From a virus: a stretch of 64,000 nucleotides of DNA. Position 1 is the stretch's first letter. Each line of letters begins with the position of its first letter. The translations under genes and the position numbers were made by a program. The DNA is taken from the IMG/VR virus record IMGVR_UViG_3300005253_000144, positions 1 to 64,000 of that record; one strand, given 5' to 3'. Shown piece by piece: positions 19,487-27,133 of the stretch. The notes beneath the pieces are model-generated. The model was not told the origin of the DNA and did not search any database. It was given only the letters and a program-made list of their open reading frames with translations.

Positions 19487-20299
19487 TTACCTTCCTTCCA
19501 GCCAAGGCTTTCCTGCCTTATAATCGCGTTCTAGTTGTCGGCGATTTCGCGGCGTATCCATCATCTGCCAATAGCCATTATGGATACATGCGCCTAGTTT
19601 ATTTTGTTCGGCCAAATTGGGCAATATATCAAATTCAAAACGCACACTCTCATTCCTAATGGTATCTAATAGTTTTGAATCAACAATGTAGAAACCGCCA
19701 TTAATATAGGCATTATCAATCTGCCGTTTTTCTGCAAACCTAGTTACATAGCCCGATTGTAATTCCAGAACACCAAAGCGTGCTGGAGGATGTACAGCCG
19801 TTAATGTAACCCACGTGTCTTTTTGAGATTGACAAAGCATATTGTGGAATACTTCTAATTTCGGCAAATTTATGTTTCCTAATCCGTCTCCATAAGTTAG
19901 AAAGAACCTTTCGCCCTCATCAAAATGATTTGCCAATCGCAATAGCCGCCCACCGGTTGGCGTTTCCAAACCAGTGTTGACTATTGTCAAATTTTCTACC
20001 CCGGCAGCCCTTTGATTATATCTTTCTCCCCATTCTCGAATAATTTCGTGTTTAAATCCAGCCGCAATGATAAACTCGCGATATCCCTGCTTGGTATAAA
20101 TATTAATGATTAGTTCAAGTATTGGGATTCCTCCGATGGTGACCATCGGCTTAGGAATCAACCCCTTTGTCTCTTCTTGCAGGCGCGTTCCCTTACCCCC
20201 GGCAAATATAACTACCTTACGAACAGAATCAATTTGGTTTACCATTTGTTTATTTCCTTGGCTATTTTTCATAGCCCATAATTCGCATTGCTTCAACAA
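19487..20299 (-). CDS. rfbF: Glucose-1-phosphate cytidylyltransferase
   Basis: 'AGGKGTRLQEET...PKPMV', 'TGGRL', 'LTYGDG', 'INGGF', 'WQMMDT'; true start may be slightly downstream. Confidence 0.9.
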   Translation of the reverse strand: MLKQCELWAMKNSQGNKQMVNQIDSVRKVVIFAGGKGTRLQEETKGLIPKPMVTIGGIPILELIINIYTKQGYREFIIAAGFKHEIIREWGERYNQRAAGVENLTIVNTGLETPTGGRLLRLANHFDEGERFFLTYGDGLGNINLPKLEVFHNMLCQSQKDTWVTLTAVHPPARFGVLELQSGYVTRFAEKRQIDNAYINGGFYIVDSKLLDTIRNESVRFEFDILPNLAEQNKLGACIHNGYWQMMDTPRNRRQLERDYKAGKPWLEGR

Positions 20300-21011
20300 T
20301 CCCGTTATCTTTCCAGAACGTCTTTATATGCTTGGCTTTAAAATGGTTTTTCCAGTCACCAATTTCCCCCTTGCGAAACGTTGGAGATTCATTAGGCTTA
20401 ATTCTTTGTGCCAATGTTGTAGATGATTCGTTACGAAACACATCAGGCGCGAACTTTATCATTTCTTGGCAAGTCGCCAGCGGAACTGTGCGAAAACTCT
20501 CGTATTTTAGCGGCAGGATATTCGCATCTTTGTAATCATTCGCACGACTAATCCAGGGCGTTATTTCTGCCAACCGTTCCCCCAGACCACATATTATATC
20601 CATCATCGGGTCAGGACGTGTGTGAAGAAGCTGGCCGGAAACCCTAAAATTTTGTGCTGAAGAAGCAAAGAATTTCTTAACATGGAACATATGGGCCACT
20701 ACGCAATCGCGCGGGTCTCGTATAAGTAATATTGTTTTGATTCCCATTTTCTCCAATAGATAATAAATGGTGTCGTTCCAGGGTACATGCCCAACACATC
20801 GCCTTTTATTCGTAAGCGGTTGAAAGCTTTCCCAAAGGTCTTCGCGTATAGCATCGATATCCCTTTTAATGCCCCCAACGTCTGTTTCATACCTACGGAT
20901 ATGCCAATCCGCCCTTACGATTTGCAAGAGCATATTAGTGCCTGAATTAGGGAATGAGTTGACCAATAAGTGTTGCATTATTATTCCACGGTTTGCATAG
21001 TCGAATGGCAA
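20262..21011 (-). CDS. PAPS-dependent sulfotransferase
   Basis: 5'-PSB-like 'SFPNSGTN', 3'-PB 'IRDPRDCVV', 'KYES', C-terminal 'FRKGEIGDWKNHF'. Confidence 0.85.
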   Translation of the reverse strand: MPFDYANRGIIMQHLLVNSFPNSGTNMLLQIVRADWHIRRYETDVGGIKRDIDAIREDLWESFQPLTNKRRCVGHVPWNDTIYYLLEKMGIKTILLIRDPRDCVVAHMFHVKKFFASSAQNFRVSGQLLHTRPDPMMDIICGLGERLAEITPWISRANDYKDANILPLKYESFRTVPLATCQEMIKFAPDVFRNESSTTLAQRIKPNESPTFRKGEIGDWKNHFKAKHIKTFWKDNGIVEAMRIMGYEK

Positions 21012-21652
21012 ATATACCGATATTCCACAATCGGGGGGTGCCGTGGGTCAGGAATAGTCACCTCTGGATTATGTACTTTATATATTTCAGCATTCATTTT
21101 AAGTGTGTCAATCCCAATAGGAAACCATCCTGCTCGCTTTAAATACCATTCTATTTGCACGTTATTCATCATTGAATAGTGGTTTCTGCCCGCATAGGTC
21201 CAATATTCAGGAGCGGGAGCAATTAGATATAACCATTTAATTGAAACCCGCTGCCATTCCATTAAAGTAATTAGCGGAAAGGGAGAATGTTCTAGGACGT
21301 GTCGGGCAAATAACAAATCAAATGAATTGTCAGGAAATGGCAAAAATGTCATGTCGGCTTCATGCACATTTAACCCCACCGCCTTGGCAATTGCGTAATC
21401 CTCCCCGCGTGTAACTCCAGTCCAATCATGTAGTCCAACTTGCGCAAATAATGGTTTACAAAAACCAGCCGCACAGCCAATGTCCAAAACATTTTTAGTT
21501 GATTCTTTAGCGGCGGTCTCGTAATATCTATTAATGGCGTCCTCTGCCCAGGCGCGGTGACCAGCGTCTTCTGGCTGGGGATAAATATCCTGTGCCAATT
21601 CTGATAAATACGCATCGAAATGTTTATATTTATTATTCAAATCGTTTGGCAT
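20981..21652 (-). CDS. Class I SAM-dependent methyltransferase
   Basis: 'VLDIGCAAG', 'DMTFLPFPDNSFDL', 'HVLEH'. Confidence 0.9.
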   Translation of the reverse strand: MPNDLNNKYKHFDAYLSELAQDIYPQPEDAGHRAWAEDAINRYYETAAKESTKNVLDIGCAAGFCKPLFAQVGLHDWTGVTRGEDYAIAKAVGLNVHEADMTFLPFPDNSFDLLFARHVLEHSPFPLITLMEWQRVSIKWLYLIAPAPEYWTYAGRNHYSMMNNVQIEWYLKRAGWFPIGIDTLKMNAEIYKVHNPEVTIPDPRHPPIVEYRYICHSTMQTVE

Positions 21653-22436
21653 AGTCTGGCAATTCCTTTAGTGGTCCAGCGAATTCTAGTGGGTGTTTTG
21701 TGTGCTCTCCCTGAACCGCATGATAAAATTCCAACTTAGTTTTGGTTGTTTCTTCATCTGGCCATGTGTAATGTAATAAACATACAGGCGGTTCAATGTA
21801 AAAGCGATTTTCACGTTCTGGAATATTCTCTATAGTCATACCGCCGTCTTCATCACCAATCTCTCTTGCCCGAACATCTACATCTGAGTGCCACGCCCAC
21901 ATACTTTGGCCGGGTTCGTTTAATAAGGGGAAGTATTTATCTAGCCCCCAAAGATACAGGCGATAAAGAAAGACTGCCTCATAATTATTATAATGAGCAG
22001 TTTCAATTAGCAGACGCCCCTGCTGCTTTAGTGCATAATTGGGAAGACTGTCACAATCGTCAAATATTATCCAATCAGCACCCTCCTCTTCAATTGCCCA
22101 ATCAATTAAGAAGTTCACATGCCTACCCTGTGGATTAAAATGATGACCATTCTTTTCTACGATGGTCGGGAATTCTCTTACTTCAACAAAGTCATACAAT
22201 GATGCAAACTTAACGGTATCGTCCGTGCTCCCTCCATCTGCAACTAATATTTTATCAGCCCAAACATAAGAACTGCAAAAAGGCTCAATATATTTTTCCT
22301 CGTTCATTGTTCTGACGATAACGACAATTTTTAGTTTATTTCCGTTTGATATAACTTGTTTGGTGTTTGGCATTGGACACACCTTTATTAAATAATTCAG
22401 ACGTATAAAAATAACACACAACCAACTGCTTGCCAT
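21633..22436 (-). CDS. Glycosyltransferase family 2
   Basis: 'NEEKYI', 'ADGGSTDDT', 'WIIFDDCD'; likely start at MPNTKQ (~22373). Confidence 0.85.
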   Translation of the reverse strand: MASSWLCVIFIRLNYLIKVCPMPNTKQVISNGNKLKIVVIVRTMNEEKYIEPFCSSYVWADKILVADGGSTDDTVKFASLYDFVEVREFPTIVEKNGHHFNPQGRHVNFLIDWAIEEEGADWIIFDDCDSLPNYALKQQGRLLIETAHYNNYEAVFLYRLYLWGLDKYFPLLNEPGQSMWAWHSDVDVRAREIGDEDGGMTIENIPERENRFYIEPPVCLLHYTWPDEETTKTKLEFYHAVQGEHTKHPLEFAGPLKELPDYAKRFE

Positions 22437-22821
22437 TATCAGAGATTCCCATTTCCATAGCTTGTGCGCCTGTAATTAAGACCGCCGGAGAGCCGCAAGT
22501 ACACATTGCGAACCACCTGCCGCGCCCACCTTCTCCCTGTTCTTCATAAAGTGGGTCAGCATAGATAAAATGCTCCCCATGATATTCAGCACATTTCACG
22601 GCTTCGGTCTGTGCAGGGCGGTTACCATCGCTGGGAACTGTAAAATAGATATACTCTTGCTTCTCTACCTTATGGCCGCTGTCCAAAACGGCGGATTTAG
22701 GGTCGCCGCGGCGTTTGATTAGATTAAGTCTAGTAGTCTTTAAGTCAAATCCATTATTGTCGCCTATGGTTTTCATAGCAAATCCATCTTTTCTAACAAT
22801 GTTTGAATACGTGCATCCCAA
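22336..22821 (-). CDS. Hypothetical Cys/His-containing protein
   Basis: ORF in the cluster; 'MCTCGS'; likely start ~22776. Confidence 0.55.
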   Translation of the reverse strand: MGCTYSNIVRKDGFAMKTIGDNNGFDLKTTRLNLIKRRGDPKSAVLDSGHKVEKQEYIYFTVPSDGNRPAQTEAVKCAEYHGEHFIYADPLYEEQGEGGRGRWFAMCTCGSPAVLITGAQAMEMGISDNGKQLVVCYFYTSELFNKGVSNAKHQTSYIKRK

Positions 22822-23681
22822 GTATGCGGCTCTACAGCTCGGCGTGCTGCAAAGCCCAGGCTTTTGGCCCTCTCTGTATCTTGCATTATCTCTTGAAACT
22901 TTTCTACTGCATCGGACACATTGTCAAACCCAATAAAATGTTCGCCATCAATGAAAAGTTCCATGAGGTCGGGAGTCCGATTCAGCAAAGGAACAATACC
23001 GAAGGCCATGAGTTCATATACTCGCGCTGTCGTATCCTTTAGGCTGGAATGATTGAATCCTACTTTTGTGTTGTGATAAATTTCTCTGGCATCATCATAG
23101 GCCAATCCTATATCAAAATAAGTGGCATAATTTTGGCTTTTTAGCAGATTAAAGAACTCGATTCTTTGCGTATATTGTAGTCCGATAAGACTCGCATCTA
23201 TCTCCCTTTCTGCCCATGGCTTGGGCGTTTGGGCATGATAAATCGGGTCATAGGCATAGGGTAGCCATACGTCATTTGGTTTCATATAGGGCTTTTGCAT
23301 ACAAAAGAATTTTGTCGCGCGCCCGCGTAGTTCATCATAATTCAATACATGTGGGTCGGTCCCAACAACTGCATATGGAGCATTAGTTGGGGCAGCAGGC
23401 GAAGTTAATCCGGCGTTGACCTCCAACCATAAATCGGGGGTCCAGGGGCATAGATTTTCAAGCATTTGGTAATTGATTAATGGCGGACTTGATAGCGGCA
23501 ATGGATAATCTGGCGTGTAAACATATTCGGGGGGGAGCACCATGCCCCCGCGCCACGGAATATTGCGACCAGTGAAAGGACCAGCAGTCCATATTTCTAC
23601 GTCTTTCCGGCGTAGCAACGCTTCAAGGAAATATCTTCCCATTGCTACTGGATAAAAAATAGTTGTGAAGGCAATTCTCAT
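22773..23681 (-). CDS. Glycosyltransferase, CgeB/Glyco_trans_1_2-like
   Basis: 'WLPYAYDP', 'KVGFN', 'ARVYELMAFG', 'HTWDARI'. Confidence 0.8.
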   Translation of the reverse strand: MRIAFTTIFYPVAMGRYFLEALLRRKDVEIWTAGPFTGRNIPWRGGMVLPPEYVYTPDYPLPLSSPPLINYQMLENLCPWTPDLWLEVNAGLTSPAAPTNAPYAVVGTDPHVLNYDELRGRATKFFCMQKPYMKPNDVWLPYAYDPIYHAQTPKPWAEREIDASLIGLQYTQRIEFFNLLKSQNYATYFDIGLAYDDAREIYHNTKVGFNHSSLKDTTARVYELMAFGIVPLLNRTPDLMELFIDGEHFIGFDNVSDAVEKFQEIMQDTERAKSLGFAARRAVEPHTWDARIQTLLEKMDLL

Positions 23682-24043
23682 GGCGCCAGATATAGGACTA
23701 TCCAGATTGACAATAAATGTAATGCTTGGTCATCCATCGCTTTTACAAAAAGATAATCATCTTTCTTGAATAGGCGATTCCATAAACTACCTAATTGAAA
23801 GCCATCAATTAATAGGTGTGTAATTGCTATCATTATGATTTGGCCGAGGGAAAATCCGAAGACTACAAATGGAAGTGCCGTAACCAATACATGTACGACG
23901 AGAACTTTCCGGCTTTCCCTCTTGTTCTTTGTCATCCAGGAATTTTGTAAGAGCCAATCTCCCAGCAAGTGTGCGACAAGGGCATTGATAAACATCGATT
24001 CTTCTCCTTTTATGGTTTTTCTGGAACATTTGGTAGCCCCCAC
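23678..24043 (-). CDS. DUF3307 family membrane protein
   Basis: 'AHLLGDWLLQ', 'THLLID', 'DQALHL'; likely start at MFINAL (~23995). Confidence 0.8.
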   Translation of the reverse strand: MGATKCSRKTIKGEESMFINALVAHLLGDWLLQNSWMTKNKRESRKVLVVHVLVTALPFVVFGFSLGQIIMIAITHLLIDGFQLGSLWNRLFKKDDYLFVKAMDDQALHLLSIWIVLYLAP

Positions 24044-24798
24044 TTTTCAGCGAAGACCGCACGCATTTTTATGGTTTGTTCTCTTCGTGCCGTTGAATAT
24101 CCTATCGTTCCCGCGCCTAAATGTTTTATTGGAAGTGTTGGAAAATCTTGGACTATATTTAATGGGACAATCCCAGCATTCTTTTCTGACAACAACTCTA
24201 CCTCGCGCGCGAGGTCGATGTCTTCATAGTCAAATGGGTAGTAACGCGTATCAAACCCCTTAATTGCTCGCCATGTTTTTTGTGTTAGCGCAAGCCAATA
24301 TCCTTCGCCATATGTAACGACAATGTTTGCAAAAGAATTCCAGCCTGAATTCCAATCCACCTTTCTATGGCACGCCAATCCACCGGCCTTGCAGTGCTCA
24401 TAAATTCTCAGCCCCACTTCTCCCCCCAAGAAATCGCCAAGCATCACTACATCATTTGAATACAAAATCAATACCTCACCCTCTGCTATTTTTGCGGCAT
24501 GATTAAATCCGCTCCCAAACCCATTATTCTCCATAACCCTATATGCCCTTAAATTCGGATATTCTTGGGCATTATGAACAAACATCTCTGAGATTTCAGA
24601 GCCAATACTTCCATTATCAATAAGAATGATTTCTGTGTCTTTGCGCGGAACTAGATATGAAATTGCCTCAGCCATGCGCTGGCGCGCTAGAGCAATTTTG
24701 TTGTAATTTAATATTAGAACTGAGTATTTATACCCGTGGGTTGAGGGGTTCATGAACAGCGCGCTCCTGGCTGTGATATTCCTCCAAAGCCTCTTCAA
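24010..24798 (-). CDS. Glycosyltransferase family 2
   Basis: 'SVLILNYN', 'IDNGS', 'NNGFGSGFN', 'GFDTRY..DYEDIDL'. Confidence 0.85.
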   Translation of the reverse strand: MKRLWRNITARSALFMNPSTHGYKYSVLILNYNKIALARQRMAEAISYLVPRKDTEIILIDNGSIGSEISEMFVHNAQEYPNLRAYRVMENNGFGSGFNHAAKIAEGEVLILYSNDVVMLGDFLGGEVGLRIYEHCKAGGLACHRKVDWNSGWNSFANIVVTYGEGYWLALTQKTWRAIKGFDTRYYPFDYEDIDLAREVELLSEKNAGIVPLNIVQDFPTLPIKHLGAGTIGYSTARREQTIKMRAVFAEKWGLPNVPEKP

Positions 24799-25567
24799 CT
24801 TTAAGAATTGGCAAGCCTAAACTTTTTGCCAATTCTATTGATAGACCTGCGTTTCGAGGTCGTGGAGCCGCGCCTTTAATTTTGTTCGTTGCTAATATAA
24901 GATTGTGGTCGTAATCAAATTTTTTCGCTATCAGCCTTGCAAATTCATATCGCGAAAGGATTGATTCGCCAGCAATATGTAACAGCCCTATTCTACTCTT
25001 TTTCGTAGCCAATTGCAATAGCGCATCTGCCAATGATGGAATATAGGTGGGATTTCCATAAAGGTTTTTAGGCATTTCTATTGGCTTATTGAGGGCAAGC
25101 ATTTCTCGGACAGCCCGCACAAAATCTATGCGTGAGCCATGGCCAAAGAGGTCTAGTGTTCGTACAACACAGGTTGGATTGCGAATATTGGCAGCTTGCT
25201 CTCCGCCAAACTTTGACCACCCATATTCGTTCAGTGGGTCCGGCTTATCATTTTCCGAATAATTCCCCTTCTCCCCATTAAATACATAGCCTGTCGATAT
25301 GTGAATGAAAAAGCCCAAAAATTCTTGGCGCAGAATACCTACACCACGATGATTAGAACTAAATAGGGCATCCTTCTCTGCCTCCTTCTCCGCATCATCA
25401 ACGGCTGTATATGCCGCGCAGTTTATTAATACATCAATGCTTTCCCGCTCCAACGCATCCCTAACCGCTTCACGGTCATCGATACGCATTTCAAGCGGGA
25501 CACACCCGCGTTTAATTAACTCACTGCCTAGCCGCCCATTTGGGCCAGTAACCCCTATCTTCATCAA
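24728..25567 (-). CDS. NDP-4-keto-sugar reductase (RmlD-like)
   Basis: 'VTGPNGRLG', 'INCAAYTAVDDAE', 'HISTGYVFNG', 'YGWSK', 'PRP'. Confidence 0.9.
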   Translation of the reverse strand: MMKIGVTGPNGRLGSELIKRGCVPLEMRIDDREAVRDALERESIDVLINCAAYTAVDDAEKEAEKDALFSSNHRGVGILRQEFLGFFIHISTGYVFNGEKGNYSENDKPDPLNEYGWSKFGGEQAANIRNPTCVVRTLDLFGHGSRIDFVRAVREMLALNKPIEMPKNLYGNPTYIPSLADALLQLATKKSRIGLLHIAGESILSRYEFARLIAKKFDYDHNLILATNKIKGAAPRPRNAGLSIELAKSLGLPILKVEEALEEYHSQERAVHEPLNPRV

Positions 25568-26353
25568 TCAGTTCTTTGAAGAGGCTTCGCGAATCCGCTG
25601 AATGCGCGGGGATGCGGGCGGCAAATCTTCACTACCACTTACTACATTTTCAACTGGTAGCCAATCTCCGGGGACACTCCCAACCTGATATGTGAATTCA
25701 CCCAACTTGGTCTTACCCGATAATACATGCTCATCGGTATCTGGATTGTTTATCATAATGCTAACGTCAGAGAATTCACCACCCGGAGGGGCAGAGATAT
25801 TTTCTTCAATTAAGAAATCCATTAAATCGGCGTCAAGACCGGCTTCATCTTCGGCTTCAGGTTCGGCGTCAGGTTCAGCTTCAATTTCGACCTCGGCTTC
25901 GGCCCCCGGTTCGGCTTCAGGTTCGGCGTCAGGTTCAGCTTCAATTTCGACCTCGGCTTCGGCCTCCGGTTCGGCTTCAGGTTCGGCGTCAGGTTCAGTT
26001 TCAATTTCGACCTCGGCTTCGGCCCCCGGTTCGGCTTCAGGTTCGGCGTCAGGTTCAGCTTCAATTTCGGCCTCTGGTTCGGCCTCCGGTTCGGCTTCAG
26101 GTTCGGCGTCAGGTTCAGTTTCAATTTCGACCTCGGCTTCGGCCCCCGGTTCGGCTTCAGGTTCGGCCTCTGGCTCAACCTCGGCCTCTGGCTCAACCTC
26201 GGCTTCTGGCTCAACCTCGGCTTCGGCCTCCGGTTCGGCTTCAGGTTCGGCGTCTGGCTCAACAGCACCCTCTGGTGTGGTTCCATCCATGCTAACGGGA
26301 AGTTCTTCCGTATCTTCGCTTTCTTCGGTTACATCTTTATCTTCATCAGCCAT
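25568..26353 (-). CDS. Highly acidic Glu/Pro/Ala repeat protein
   Basis: RBS GGAGA upstream; ([20 protein letters not shown])n. Confidence 0.75.
   Translation of the reverse strand: MADEDKDVTEESEDTEELPVSMDGTTPEGAVEPDAEPEAEPEAEAEVEPEAEVEPEAEVEPEAEPEAEPGAEAEVEIETEPDAEPEAEPEAEPEAEIEAEPDAEPEAEPGAEAEVEIETEPDAEPEAEPEAEAEVEIEAEPDAEPEAEPGAEAEVEIEAEPDAEPEAEDEAGLDADLMDFLIEENISAPPGGEFSDVSIMINNPDTDEHVLSGKTKLGEFTYQVGSVPGDWLPVENVVSGSEDLPPASPRIQRIREASSKN
25850..26255. repeat. Tandem repeat with a 60 bp period (~5 copies) plus shorter 18 bp units
   Basis: Lines 25861-26160 are near-identical 60-mers (gttcggcgtcaggttcag[c/t]ttcaatttcg...). Confidence 0.95.
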
Positions 26354-26378
26354 AACAATTTCTCCGATTAATTAATAT

Positions 26379-26675
26379 TTAACGTCCGCCGCCGTTTGTC
26401 CAGCGGCGCACATCATTTTCATTTGCCAATACGATTATACCGGGCCTTTTCTCACCACAACAACCGCCTTTGGTAGCCAATGCGCAACCCATATCCTCTG
26501 GGGGTATCCAGGCCATGCTTATATTAGCTCTTATATTGAAAATATGGGTCAGCTTTTCCCCCGTGCCATTACACTGAATAGAAACGCGCTGTTGGCGTCT
26601 ATACTTTAATGCAACATTGCCATCCTCGTTTACAATGGCGTCATCTGGAATAATACTTGCTGATAACAAAGCCAC
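26379..26675 (-). CDS. Hypothetical protein with CCG motif
   Basis: ORF downstream of the capsid gene; 'GGCCGEK'. Confidence 0.6.
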   Translation of the reverse strand: MALLSASIIPDDAIVNEDGNVALKYRRQQRVSIQCNGTGEKLTHIFNIRANISMAWIPPEDMGCALATKGGCCGEKRPGIIVLANENDVRRWTNGGGR

Positions 26676-26701
26676 GATGATTTTATTATATCAGATAATC
26701 G

Positions 26702-27037
26702 TTATGGTCCCAGTTCCGCGGGGGCATCATACAGCATTATCCAACAAAGCCTATCATCAGCGGTATCAAAGTTTGCCCACAATACACTCAAGTTTGCCAA
26801 ACCTTCCAGCGTTAGCGAATCCGTATCTGTCGAAGTTATGGGGTAGCCAGTATCAGAACCAACCGCGACCCCAGTAGCAAAACCGACCCATATATTCCCT
26901 GCATTATCAGGATGTGGCCTTAACACGGCGCGCTCTCCAGCAAGGTTGGGGAGCTGGTAAGGCGTACCAGTTATTAAACCAACTAATTGGCCGGTTTGTA
27001 CAGATTTGCGGTACGGGTCAACCCTTTGGTCTCCCAT
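26702..27037 (-). CDS. Putative capsid decoration / small beta-sandwich virion protein
   Basis: Immediately after MCP; RBS GGAGA; 'HPDNAGNIWVG...GYPI'. Confidence 0.55.
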   Translation of the reverse strand: MGDQRVDPYRKSVQTGQLVGLITGTPYQLPNLAGERAVLRPHPDNAGNIWVGFATGVAVGSDTGYPITSTDTDSLTLEGLANLSVLWANFDTADDRLCWIMLYDAPAELGP

Positions 27038-27066
27038 GGCATCTCCTAGACAAATGATAGATTGGT

Positions 27067-27103
27067 AAAAAGGTCAGCCCTCAATAATCGACGGCTGACC
27101 TTT
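27067..27103 (-). terminator. Rho-independent terminator after the major capsid gene
   Basis: AAAGGTCAGCC...GGCTGACCTTT stem followed by a T run on the minus strand. Confidence 0.8.
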
Positions 27104-27133
27104 ATTATTTTGTGCTAACGACCTAGGCAGAAA

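Noticed and set aside
12962-25567. Host O-antigen/capsule locus indicating a prophage boundary or chimeric contig
   Set aside because: Flanked on both sides by co-oriented, coupled virion genes; no export or polymerase genes; no integrase or att site seen
25850-26255. 60 bp periodic repeat as a CRISPR array
   Set aside because: No unique spacers; the period is a multiple of 3 inside a coding sequence; no cas genes
25822-26286. Basic PNLKPNR repeat ORF
   Set aside because: Alternative frame of the same tandem repeat; the RBS supports 25568..26353
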